64,000 bases of DNA. Origin: Malacoraja senta. Lineage: Eukaryota. Below, piece after piece: positions 12,380-24,226 of this stretch. The DNA lies in contig CM075988.1 of the NCBI GenBank assembly GCA_038087875.1, forward strand, positions 14,138,001 through 14,202,000, written 5' to 3'. The notes beneath the pieces are model-generated. The model was given only the letters and a program-made list of their open reading frames with translations. It was not told the origin of the DNA and searched no databases. The position numbers and the translations under genes are program-made. Within the stretch, counting starts at the first letter, position 1. The number at the start of each line of letters is the position of its first letter.

Positions 12380-14360
12380 TAGAATTACAACAGTATAGCA
12401 CAGGAACAGGCCCTTCGGCCCACAGCATCTCTGCTAAACATGATGCCAAGGTAAACTAATCTTATCTACCTGCACATTATTCATAACCTCAATTCTCTGA
12501 ATATTCATGCATCTAAAAGCCTCTTAAATGCCATTATCATATCTACCTCCACCACCACCTCAGGCAGTGTGTTCCAGGTAGCCATCACCTTCTCCGTAAC
12601 ATAAAATGCCCTCCATATCTCCTTTAAACTTTGCCTCTCTCACCTTAAAGCTATGTCCTCTAATTCTCCTTTTGAATTGGCTTATTAAAAGCAGCAGGCT
12701 CATGCAATGATTTCTTTCTGTCAGCTCTTCTGCAGTGTTTCTCTATCACGCTCATCCTCCTCAAGGCTTCACAAAGAACACCATGGATGGGACCAACAGA
12801 CCTTAACACACACAACTGATTTGTTACTGTATGACAGAAAAGGCATCATAGAGAAGGTATAACAATCCTTTAAGCTATGGCTTAGCATACTGAATATAAA
12901 TTCTGAGAGTGGTAGCATTCATGGTGCTCTTTGCTGTAATTTACCGATTCAATTTATTCTTAGAGTCATAGAATCATACAGCGTGGAAACAGGCCCTTCG
13001 GCTCATCTTGCCCACACCGACCAACATGTCTCATCTACACGAGACCCACCAGCCTGCATTTGGCTCATATCCCTCTAAATGTGTCCTATCCATGTACCTG
13101 TCTAAATGTTTCTTAAATGCTGCAATAGTACCTGCCTCGACTACCTCCTCTGGCAGTTTGTACTATACACCCACAACCCTTTGTGTGAAATGTTACCTCT
13201 CATGTTCCTATTCAATCTTTCCCCTTTCACCTTAAACCAATGTCCTCTGGTCCTCGATTCCCCTACTCTGGATAAAAGACTCTGTGCGTCTTACCTGATT
13301 TATTCCTCTCTTGATTTTATTCACTCTTCTGTGACAAATATGTCTTCAATGATCCCAGATTATTATTGCATGATTGAGTCTAAATCTGCTGACTTATTGG
13401 AGTTTGAAGGGCCCAAAGGAAGTCATTGTGGTTGTGGCACCAGTGTATATAGTCCCACTGTGTATGTATACACATCCAGCACCCATCAATGGTGCCCAGT
13501 CCCTTTGGGTTAACTGTTCTCAAAACTCATGTGGCTGACAGTGACAAAGACAATGGATAGGCAATTAAAACGCTCTGTTTTGTTGACTACAAGTCTGATC
13601 AGGACTTCCTCCCACTGCACCAGCAGCCAACCTCTCCCAAACCCCGCATTGAAGCAATGGAATTTCAATTTTGGCCACTTGTAGGAAGATATGCTTCATC
13701 TCATTCAATTTATTTGCCAGCAGGAATTTGTTAGCTCATAAATCAGCCAAGAAAATGGCTTGATTTTGCTGCCAACTTCATATCCATGTGTACCTACTCT
13801 TGGCAGGTATGTATGACCAAAATGCTGTCTGAATCTAGCTCGCCATCTTTAATATTGAGGTTCTGTAAAAGCAGCATTTTCTTCCCATGACTATTATACA
13901 ATGCATTGAATGAGCTCATGTCTATGTTTATGACTTGAAAACATATGTGCCCATTAATGTTCAGCATCAATATCCATCAGTGAAGTCTGTGCCTATTGTA
14001 CTTCAAGTTTTAACAGGTCAGGAAATAGCTGGGCTGAACCAACATTATATGACGACTTTAACTTAATAGAATTGTAGGAATGACTGAATTATACTCCAAA
14101 TCATCACAGCGCAATCTATAGAAGCATTTCAATATCTCATAGAGAGTCATTAAGCCATAGAGTTGGTCATACAGTGTGGAAACAGGCCCTTCAGCCTAAC
14201 TTGCCCACACTGACCACATTTACCATCTACACTAGTCCCACCAGCCTGCATTTGGCCCATCCCTCTAAACCTATCCTATCCATGTACCTGTTTAAACGTT
14301 TCTTAAACGTTGTCCAGTAGCTCGTTCCATGCACCCACAACCCTTTGTGTAAAAAAGTTA
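12380..14360 (-). mobile_element. Cluster of three 5'-truncated CR1 3' ends (approx. 12380-12665, 12960-13320, 14145-14360)
   Basis: Plus-strand reading ga(a)acaggcccttc(g/a)gcc..; cctctcaccttaaa-type motif in the first two. Similar fragments at 11485-11660 and 15570-15860. Confidence 0.8.
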
Positions 14361-15004
14361 CAAATTGTGCAAAATAATTTATCCAATATAATTATACTAA
14401 ATAACATATTCAATTTAACAATCAGGAGAAGAAAATAATTCATACAAAATAGTTTTTCTAAGTTTGTACCTCATACCTCCAACTTTTTCCCTTTTTTGCT
14501 AAGTCGATACTTTTGAAGAATTTTTATTTAATATCAGGAATATAAACTTCACTGGATAAGTAAAATAAAGTCCCAATTCACCAACTTATAATGTACACTA
14601 TTCCTTTCAGCATGGTCATGTTTATTTCTATCTCAGTAAAATTATACTCAAGTGTATGTCGAAAAATCCTGGGCTTAAAAAATCAATGTTTATTGAACGC
14701 AGCAAGGATAGAACTAATTTTAAAAAATGACAGAATGACAATGCCTGTGCTACCCAGGAGAATCACTGACTGCGCTGTCGCCAGGCAAGTCAAATGATTA
14801 GATTATGTGAGGTTTCCTTCTGCCGCAACGTTCTGTGGTGACAGCATGAAAAGTTAATAAAGGCACTTTCTCTTTTCTTTTCCTGATTGAGCACAGTGAC
14901 CAGAAATTATTTCCAAGCAGTAACAGAGACCCAATGTTCAAGTAGGCTCGACTGTTTATTGTGCTCTTGTATGTACCATATTGTGGCCAGCACATTAACC
15001 TGCA

Positions 15005-15280
15005 GTTATAGAGTCAGATGTGCTCTCGTGTTGGTGGTAGGGTCTGTAGTGTCCTGCTGCCTATCCAAAGAGGACCCAACGCGGGGGGACTGCCATGGGG
15101 TGGGGGGGGGGGGGGGACACAGAAGAAAGGAGGACCTGGCGTGGGATACTTTGTAACTTTGATGGTGCCCTTTATGTGGCGACTCTTTGCATAGCTTGGG
15201 TACGCAAAACAAAGAATATCACTGTGACTTGTCATGTGACAACAGAGTAAAGTATCATTCATTCATTCATTCATCCATCC
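15005..15280 (+). mobile_element. Non-autonomous retroposon 3' part with Rex/L2-type tail and (TTCA)n
   Basis: gcaaaacaaagaatatcactgtgacttgtcatgtgac stem-loop, then ttcattcattcattca. Confidence 0.6.
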
Positions 15281-16404
15281 TTGGCTGTTCCGTGTTTTAT
15301 GAGCTCCCACAGTGACTGAGTGCAGCGCAGTGGTTCAGACCAGACTGATCTCAACTCTGAAGCCTTGAATGGATCTCAACTGTGAGTCTGTGAATGGATC
15401 TCAGAGATACTAAGTGCAAGGGCTGGTTGCACTTACCGTCTGGTCCCATAGCTTTACACCAGCCTTCAGTCATGTTCAGTTGTACGGGGGTTCTCAAACT
15501 ACATGGAAAAGATTTGTGAACGTAAGTGTTTTTTTGAGATTTATTGTATACTGGTGTCATAGATAGGATCATACAGATTCACACAGCACAGAAACGGACC
15601 CTTCTCTCCACCCTGTCCATGCCAACAATCAAGAACATACTAATCCCATTCACCATTGCGGTCCGTAGTGCTCAATGCCTTGGCCATTCAAGTGCCTCGC
15701 TCATTATTTATTAACTGTTGTGGGAGTCTCTGCCTTCATCAGCCCCTGAGGCAGTATATTCCAAATTCCAATCATCCTCTGGGTGAAAGAAAACATCCTA
15801 TTATCCCCTCCAAATCTTATATATTTTGCGTTAAATCTATGCTCTCTGGTTATAGAACTCTTAGCTACGTGGAAACGTTTACTACTGCCAAGAGTATCTA
15901 TCATTTTCATAATTTTGCACAAATTAATATCTTAATTAGTGATAAGTGTTTTAAATATATATATATTTTTTAACTGAAATACAAATTCTACATATTAAGT
16001 AATCTTAATGTCTTGATAAATAGTCAGTGTGCTCTTCCATATTATTAGTTCAGAATGATTTAAATTATTCCAATTCTGGTTTAATTTTAATTATAATTTT
16101 AATTCCAAAGTCAGTATGATAGGGATCATGTTCAACCAGTTCTGGTGAGTGTGTCACATTGTCTGCCTGTCTGAGGCTAGACCCCGAAAAGAAGTAGACA
16201 CAAGGGACTGCAGATGCTGGAATCCTGCATGGTACACAGTGATTGAGTAACCCAGTAGGTCAGGCATATATCTCAGGAGAAAATGGATAGGTGACGTTTT
16301 GGATTGGGAACCTTCTTTAGACCCATCGGTCGTGACCCAAACTTGCTCCTATCCATGACCTCCAAAGATGCTGCTTGACTGGAGTTACCTCCGCATTTTG
16401 TGTA

Positions 16405-16785
16405 CTCCCCTAAAACAAGTACCATACGCAGAGAGCCATTGCGGCAAGAACACTCGGGAGGAGAGGAGAATGCTTCACATATGTTCTCCAAGATTCCTTG
16501 AAACAGGGGAACATTTTCCATAATGAGTGGGAATCCCAGGCCTGATATTGTTGAAAATGCAGGAAGAACCTCTGGAAAGGTGCCGAGCACCTCTAACCCC
16601 AAAGACACTGAGGACATGTGCACAACATTCCAAACAACCCGCCCGCCCATCCCTTCAAGCACCAGTCCTTCTCAAGGCAGAGTGTTCCAGTCCCACATTG
16701 GCCTCATCAGTTAGCTCAGAATCCACAAAACTAGAGTGGAAACAAGTCATCCCTGATCCCAAGGGACTGTCACGTTAAGACAATG
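16405..16785 (+). mobile_element. RTE-clade LINE 3' end
   Basis: Peptide GRVFQSHIGLIS*LRIH (RTE C-terminal C2H2-like motif), followed by gagtggaaacaagtcatccctgatcccaagggactg. Confidence 0.75.
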
Positions 16786-16871
16786 TTCATAACAGATTAC
16801 TCCATAGAACAAACTGTGACAGCAAGGCCTGGAGTTGGGAGAGACCTGTTGGGCAGCAACAGGATAGTCTG

Positions 16872-17154
16872 TAGAGGAAGGAACTGTAGATGCTGGTTTA
16901 AACTAAAGATAGATACAAAATTTGGAGTAACTCAGCAGGTCAGACAGCATCTCTGGAAAAAAAGGAATAGGTGACGTTTCAGGTCCAGCCCCTTCTTCAG
17001 ATTAAATCCTAATTGTAATAATTTAAATGATTCTGAGCTAATAATATGGAAGAGCATACTGTCTGATGAAGGGTCTCGACCCAAAACATCACCTATCTCT
17101 TTTCTCCAGAGATGCTGTCAGACCCGCTGAGTTACTCCAGCTTTTTGTGTCTAT
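16872..17154. mobile_element. Inverted pair of Penelope pLTRs with 60-bp spacer and 15-bp TSD
   Basis: TSD caacaggatagtctg (16857-16871) / caacaggttagtctg (17155-17169); the arms are imperfect reverse complements. Confidence 0.85.
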
Positions 17155-17984
17155 CAACAGGTTAGTCTGGTTGCGGGAACATATGGGAGTGGGTGGGGGA
17201 GGGGGAGGGGGGGGGGGAGGGTAGTGAACACTGTCAAACAGGATCTGGTCCATTAAACAGGTGGACAGCTTTGCAGATGCACTGCACTGTTAACCTCTCC
17301 TATTCAGATCAATGTAATACCGGCATCCAGTCATTTGTCTTTCCCATTCAGTGTAAATTTTGGTTAGATTTACTGATTGAATATTGGAAAAATGAATGAA
17401 GAATGAACAGGGAGTTCTCTCACAGTCAGGCAATGGGAGAGATGTAATTGGCTTTATTGAATGCTGTGAAGGGGAGCAGAAAATACAGACCTCTGTGGCT
17501 ACAGCCAGTCATCAAGGATGTCTCCATGATTTATTATAGGAAGCTCAATTGAATACATTTACGCAGATTGTATTGACAATGGTACCCCAAAGGCCATTGA
17601 GGGGAAAGGAGGCTGACGCTGAGGTGATAGTTGGAGAGGAGGAATACTTTGATGTGTTTTGTTCTGAGAAGATATCAATGATAGCTATGAAATTGAGGGG
17701 AAGTAGAAACATTCTTACAATAGAATGCAATGGCAACAGCGTTAAAATGTGAAATATATTTTTAAACCTCAGATTGCAGGTAGCAAGACTAATTCTGACA
17801 TTCCTAAAACTTTAAATCGATAATGCCAAATGAAAATTAAATGGAAATATCAAATTATTTCTCAGATTCCTATATTATTCATCATGATATGGAAGATGGC
17901 CATTTGACCCATCATGTCTTTGCTAGCTTTCAGAGCAAATCCCATGTATCCTATTCACTCACATATGTCCATTAATTAAATTGT

Positions 17985-19345
17985 ATCGTTGGTAGTGAAG
18001 ATGGTCATCAAAGATTACACCAGGATCTTGATCAATTGGGCAAGTGGGCTGAGGAATGGGTAACGGAGTTTAACACAGATAAATGTGAGCTGTTGCCTTT
18101 TGGGAAGTCAAATCAGGGCAGGACCTTCACAGTGACTAGCAAAGCCATGGGGAGTATTGGGAGCAGAGGGGTCTAGGAGTGCAGGTGCATAGTTCCTTGA
18201 AAGTAGCACTGCAGGTAGACAGAGTGGTAAAGAAGGCTTTCGGCACATTGGCCTTCATCAGTCAGGGTAGTGAGTGTAGAAGTTGGGATGTTATGTTACA
18301 GTTGTACATCAGTCTATGAAAGTAAGCATGCAGGTACAGCAGGCAGTGAAGAAAGCGAATGGCATGTTGGCCTTTTTAACAAGAGGAGTCGAGTATAGGA
18401 GCAAAGAGGTCCTTCTGCAGTTGTACAGAGCCCTAGTGAGACCACACCTGGAGTATTGTGTGCAGTTTTGGTCCCCTAATTTGAGAAAGGACATTCTTGC
18501 TATTGAGGGAGTGCAGCGTAGGCTTACAAGGTTAATTCCCGGGATGGCGGGACTGTCATATGCTGAGAGAATGAAGCAGCTGGGCTTGTACACTCTGGAG
18601 TTTAGAAGGATGAGAGGGAATCTTATTGAAACATATAAGATTGTTAAGGGTTTGGACATGCTGGAGGCAGGAAGCATGTTCCTGATGTTGGGGGAGTCCA
18701 GAACCAGGGGCCTCAGTTTAAGAATAAGGGGTAAGCCATTTAGAACGGAGACGAGGAAACACTTTTTCTCACAGAGAGTTGTGAGTGTGTGGAATTCTCT
18801 GCCGCAGAGTGCGGTGGAGGCAGGTTCTCTGGATGCTTTCAAGAGAGCTGGATAGGGCTCTTATAGTTAGCAGAGTCAGGGGATATGGGGAAAAGGCAGG
18901 AACGGGGTACTGATTGGGGATGATCTGCCATGATCACATTGAATGGCGGTGCTGGCTCAAAGGGCCGAATGGCCTACTCCTGCACCTATTGTCTATTGTC
19001 TATTGTCTATTGCACAAGACATCGGTGATGCCACATTTTGAGTACCATGTTCAATTTTGGTCACCCTGCTATAGGAAAGATGTTGTTAAGCTAGGACTTT
19101 ATTCCTTAGTGTGCAGGAGGATGAGGGTGATCTTATAGAGGCGTATAAGATCATCAAGAGAGATAGGGTAGATGCACAGAGTCTTTTACCCAGAGTAGGG
19201 AATCAAGAACCACAGGACATAGGTTTAAGGTGAGAGGCGAAAGATTTAATAGAAACCTGATGGTATATGGAATGAGCTGCCAATAGAGGTAGTTGAAGCA
19301 GGTAGTATATTTTGATTGGGCCTGTTTCCATGCTGTGTGACTCTT
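17985..19345 (+). mobile_element. Older CR1 LINE fragment, split by a younger CR1
   Basis: RT-thumb-like DNA (caggatcttgatcaattgggcaagtgggctgag..). gttacagttgtaca resumes as agacatcggtgatgccac at 19017; ends gggcctgtttccatgctgtgtgactct. Confidence 0.85.
18309..19009 (+). mobile_element. Young 5'-truncated CR1 LINE with nearly open ORF2 C-terminus and (CTATTGT)n tail
   Basis: ORF 18283..18855 KKANGMLAF..LYRALVRPHLEYCVQFWSP..RRMRGNLIETYKI..FFSQRVVSVWNSLP; TSD ttgtaca (18302-18308) / ttgcaca (19010-19016). Confidence 0.92.
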
Positions 19346-19483
19346 TTGCCCCTGTCCCACTTAGGAAACCTGAACGGAAACCTCTGGTGACCTTGCGCCC
19401 CACCCAAGGTTTCCATGAGTCGCCAGAGGTTTTGGTCACTCGCCTGGAAAGCCTCCACCGAAGCGTGAGCTGCATCTACTGAC

Positions 19484-19505
19484 CAAAGACCCCACAGGAT
19501 CTTTG
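19484..19505. mobile_element. 22-bp palindromic micro-insertion with 8-bp TSD
   Basis: ctactgac[caaagaccccacaggatctttg]ctaccgac. Confidence 0.8.
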
Positions 19506-19872
19506 CTACCGACCGCACGCACACACACACACATCGCAAAGGTGGGGGCCAGGGACAGGGGAGGACCGCTGTCTGCGCGATGAAGAGGAAGGTAAACGGT
19601 TGCCACAGAGCACAGTAAGTCCCTTAGAGAGCGCGGGAGGGAGGGAGAGAAGGGGAAAGAAGGGGAGAGAGAAGGGGAGAGAGAAGGGGAGAGAGAAGGG
19701 GAGAGAGAAGGGGAAGAGAAGGGGAGAGAAGGGGAGAGAGAAGGGGGAGAAGAGGAGAAAATGGGGGAGATGGGGAGAGAAGGGAGGGGGGAGAAGGAGT
19801 GGAGAGTTTTAAGAAGTTTAATAAAGTTAGCGGGCATTTTACCTTCCGGCGGACCTTCTAGGTCCTGAAAAC

Positions 19873-19894
19873 CAAAGATCCTATAGGATCTTTG
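19873..19894. mobile_element. 22-bp perfect palindromic micro-insertion with 8-bp TSD
   Basis: ctgaaaac[caaagatcctataggatctttg]ctgaaaac; empty site at 60246-60253. Confidence 0.9.
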
Positions 19895-20744
19895 CTGAAA
19901 ACTCCAATGAGCCAATCAAAATGGCTGGTCAGCGAAGGAGATTGCCTTCGACTGCCTGTAAGTAAATAGCAACCCCACTCCACTGGCTTCGACCAAACTG
20001 CAACCTATTTTTAGTCGAGGTCGGTTTTGAATGTTTTGAAGTAATCGCAGGAACATAGAAGAAGCCTCGACTACGCGGAAACCACTTTCGACCATTAGGG
20101 AGACTGACAAAAACCTCCGGGAACCGCACGGAAACCTTGGGTGGGGTGCAAAGTCTCCAGAGGTTTCCGTTCAGGTTTCCTAAGTGGGACAGGGTCGTTA
20201 CACTCCTCCCATCGATGTCTCCCACTACTACCACCACCACGCCTACCCCGGCCCTCTGCTCTGTTAGGAGTAGGTTATAATAGTCAATTAACCTGACAGC
20301 CAGTGCATCTTCGAGATGTAGGAGGAAACCAGAGGTACAGTGGAGAAAGCCACACAGTCACAGAGTGAACCAGCAAATTGTACGCAGACAACAGCAGTAC
20401 TGAAGCCAGGTCACTGAAGCTGTGAAACAGCTTTACTCCAAAAAATCTTGTGAAAACTAAAAATGTTTGTCGAGACTGGTTCTTATTATAGTAGTGGTAG
20501 CATAGCAACACCACCGGCATGTACTAATAAAATACCCTAAGTCATTTCACAGGAAGGTAGCCAAACAAAAATCAATGTTGACACAGTGGAAAGGATATTA
20601 AGACAGAAGCAGGTTATAAAGGAATTTTCTGGAGGAAAGAGGCAGAGGCAGAAAGGTTAAGACAGAGAATTTCAGAGCTCAGGCAAAGGAAGGTCTGACA
20701 AACAAGAGTGGAGCAAATAAAGTCTGACAGATTGATTGAAAGAT

Positions 20745-21772
20745 ACAGCGTGGAAACACTGAGTACACACCGACCATCGGTCACCTGTTCACAAGTTATC
20801 ACATTTTCGCATCCACTCCCCACACATTCGAGCTAATTCTACCGAGACCAAGTAACCTAGAAACCTGCATGTCCTTGGGATGTTGAATTGAATTGAATTG
20901 AATTTCCTTTATAATCTCATTCTAACAAGTTTGAACGAGATTTCGAACCATGCAAAACACACAATGAACACAATTTAACACAAACATCCATCACAGTGAA
21001 TCTCCAGGCACTTCCTCACTGTGATGAAAGGCAAAAAGTCTGATCTCTTCCTTGCTTGTTCTCCCGCTGCGTCGAGGCGATCGAGGCTCTCGATGTTGAA
21101 GCCCCCACCGGGTGATGGTAAATCCCGCGGCCGATTTTAAGCTCCGCGAACGGGCCGATTCAAACTCCGCGATTCGGTGCGGACGAAGCTGCTGTTGCGG
21201 GAGCTCCTGAAAATCGGTCACCAACCAGGGACTGCGAGCTCCCGATGTTACCATCCACAGGGCTCGCGGCCGAAGCCTCCGAAGCTCCGAAGTCGGGTCG
21301 CAGCCACAGCGCCACCACAGCCAGCTCCGCGATGGTAAGTCCACAGGCTCTGCCACCGGAGCCCCCAAGGTCGATTCCAGTTGGAGGCCGCCAGCTCCAT
21401 GATATTAGGCCTCAGCGCACACGGAGACGGAGATACGGCAAGGAAAAGGTCGGATCCCCGTTGAAGGAAGAGATTTTTTTTAAAGTTTCCCCCACCCCCC
21501 ACATATACACAACTAAAAATAGACTAAAACATACATCTAACAAGACAAAAAGAAAACAAAAAAGGAAAGACAGACGGGCTGCAGGCGAGCCGCAGCTGCT
21601 TGGGCAGCGCCGCCACTTCCGGATGTGGGAGGAAACCGGAGCACCCGGAGGAAACCCATGCGGTCACAGGGAGAACATGCAAACTACACACAGACAGCAC
21701 TTGAGGTCAGGATCAAACCCAGGTGTCTACCAGCTGGGCCACTGTACCACCCTGCTGTCCCACTGTGCTGCC
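20745..21772 (-). mobile_element. HE1 V-SINE split by the 20884-21620 insertion
   Basis: gtccttgggatgt resumes as gggaggaaaccggagcacccggagg after the insert. Another minus-strand HE1 fragment lies at 20283-20430. Confidence 0.8.
20884..21620 (-). mobile_element. Full-length non-autonomous retroposon with GC-rich core, (TTCAA)n tail and 6-bp TSD
   Basis: TSD ggatgt at 20878-20883 and 21621-21626; minus-strand head ggaagtggcggcgctg, tail aattcaattcaattca. Confidence 0.85.
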
Positions 21773-22180
21773 TGAGTGAGATGAGTGATAAACTAGAACT
21801 GGATATAGATTGCCTTAGGATTAACTTCCGAAGGAGATTATAATGAAGGGACAAATAGTGGTCTTGCAGAATTTCAAAAACATGTCTATACTAATGTGAG
21901 GATTTGCAGCGCCAACAACCTAGCTTGCAAAAGAGTGATTGGTGATCAGGATGGAGTGTGGACCAGCAGAGTGTTACATTTCCACAAAACCATTGCCAAT
22001 TATGGAGTTTCAAGCACGAGAGGCTGGCCAGATGTGTTTGATATAGTCAACCTAATGTGAGGCCCTAATGGATGAGTTTTTCTGCAGCAGCAGACGAGCT
22101 CAGGCAAGGTTGGCTTTGGGTGATGTTATAGTTGGGGAAAAGAATGCAATCTAGTTAGTAGAGGAATCATATCCCCCTGG

Positions 22181-22415
22181 GGCAGTCACGGTGGCACAGC
22201 GGTAGAGTTGCTGCCTTACAGCAAAATGCAGCGCCAGAGATCCGGGTTCGATCCCGACTACGGGTGCTGTCTGTACGGAGTTTGTACGTTCTCCCCGTGA
22301 CCTGCGTGGGTTTTCCCCGAGATCTTCGGTTTCCTCCCACACTCCAAAGACTTACAGGTTTGTAGGTTAATTGGATTGATTAATTGGCTTGATATAAAAA
22401 CGTAAAAATTGTCCA
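22181..22415 (+). mobile_element. HE1 V-SINE, 3'-truncated
   Basis: A box tggcacagcgg, B box ggttcgatcc, intact V-domain. Confidence 0.85.
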
Positions 22416-22483
22416 AGTTGGCGATATGCAGAGTACTGCCCTGCCGACCATAAAATTCAGAAGGTTCAGAAGGTACTAAGGAA

Positions 22484-22692
22484 TGACACAAAATGTTGGA
22501 TTAACTCAGCAGGACGGGCAGCATCTCTGGAGAGAAGAAATGGGTGAGGTTTCAAATTGAGATCCGTCCAGACCCGAACCAACCCGAAATGTCACCCATT
22601 CCTTCTCTCCAGAGATGCTGCCTGTCCCGTTGAGTTACTCCAGCATTTTGTGTCTATCTTCGGTGTAAACTAGCATCTGTCGTTCCTTTCTC
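22484..22692. mobile_element. Inverted pair of Penelope pLTRs
   Basis: gacacaaaatgttgga..gcagcatctctggagagaag / cttctctccagagatgctgc..tccagcattttgtgtc. Confidence 0.8.
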
Positions 22693-22799
22693 CACTACTA
22701 GGGAAGTGAGTTAGTGGCAAGTACTGAACAGCATGTCTTCCAATTTCCCTGCATATCATGTGCAAGATGTTAAATCTCGTTTCTACTTGTAAATCTCTA

Positions 22800-22970
22800 C
22801 AACGTTGAAAACTATATACTGTACTCTGTATCTTCCCCATTGCTCTACCAATTGTACTTGAGTTTGACTTGATTGTGTTTATGTACGGTATGATCTGATC
22901 TGATCGGATAGCATGCAAAACAAAGCTTTTCATTGCACCTTGGTGCACATGGCAATAATAAACTTAAACC
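22800..22970 (+). mobile_element. Rex/Babar-type LINE 3' UTR
   Basis: gcatgcaaaacaaagcttttcattgcaccttggtgcacatggcaataataaac. Similar tails at 39870-40085 (+), 29300-29600 (-) and 48760-48910 (-). Confidence 0.65.
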
Positions 22971-24011
22971 TATATATTTGTGTGATGGAAATTTCTGCTC
23001 ATCCTGTACTGAATGTTGGATAAACATTCGACCTTGAGAGTGTGAAAAGTTTAAGAGGGATGTTACCGCGATGGAGCTGAATATCATCCGCGTAAGTGTG
23101 GAAAGTGATATAGTTATCTTGAAACATAAATGCATGTCTCTTCTCGATGCTGACCACCCAGAAATATATTGCCACTAATGTTTGCTTTGTTACTATATTC
23201 CGTATCTTAGCTGTTGGGAAAATCCATCACGCTGGAGGAGCCCCAGCATCATTGATTGATTGCAGTGCGGTTCAGATTCCAGCGACGGCTACAGGAAAGG
23301 TTCTCTTGGGAACTGGATTTACAAGACACTGCATAAAAGAATTCAGTATTTAATGTCAAATGCACTGCGATAAAATATTTTGCGCCTTCAAAAAAAAACG
23401 TGACTGATTTTCTGGAACGACATGCCTAATAAAATAGACTGCATGATCCAAACAGATTCTGCTGGAATTATGGCTATGACTCAAACCATTGTAATCATGT
23501 TAAATTTAACATTGACACAGATGCATTGCCATTGTCTTATCTGGGGTAAATATCGACTACGTCAACCGGTCAGTAAAATGACAGCACTTATTAAAGCTGC
23601 CCTAACATTTAAGCCTATTAGCTCTAGTAGCTGTTGCCATGGTGAGTAATTTTCTGGCAGTGGCATTCATTGAACTTTAATTAACCTCTGGGTTATAATT
23701 ACCACTGATTCATTATCATACCTTAAACAATGTACCAATTCTGACCTAATAAAGGTTAATTTATCAGACTGGACAACAATATCTAGCTTTCCATATTTGT
23801 AATAAATATGAATCATGACACACAGGTTTCCACTGATTATTTATCTCCTTGTGGGCAACATAATATAAACGCCTGAAGATGCATGCAATAAAAATTACAC
23901 TAAATTGCTCCAGATTTTTCACCTGCCAAAGTGGCACACTCATATAACCTGACAGCTCTTTCACAGTCTTGCGCACGGTATTTTTTGGCAACACAGATTC
24001 AAACCATAACC

Positions 24012-24226
24012 GTGTAGGGAAGAACTGCAGATGCTGGTTTAAATCGAAGGTAGTCACAAAATGCTGGAGTAACTCAGCGGGACAGGCAGCATCTCTGGAG
24101 AGAAGGAATGGGTGACGTTTTGGGTCGAGGTCAGTCTGAAGAAGGATCTCGACCCGAAACGTCACCCATTCCTTCTCTCCAGAGATGATGCCTGTCCCGC
24201 TGTTACTCCAGCATTTTGTGTCCACC
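24012..24226. mobile_element. Inverted pair of Penelope pLTRs with perfect 14-bp TSD
   Basis: ttcaaaccataacc at 23998-24011 and 24227-24240. Confidence 0.9.

Larger units (their letters stand above)
19347..20197. mobile_element. Non-autonomous DNA transposon (MITE), probably PIF/Harbinger, ~100-bp imperfect TIRs
   Basis: tgcccctgtcccacttaggaaacctgaacggaaacctctgg... / ...ccagaggtttccgttcaggtttcctaagtgggacagggtcg; flanks ttt/tta; internal (CA)n and purine tandem repeat. Superfamily is inferred. Confidence 0.85.

Noticed and set aside
18283..18855. 190-aa ORF as a host gene
   Set aside because: It is the CR1 ORF2 C-terminus in a 5'-truncated copy.
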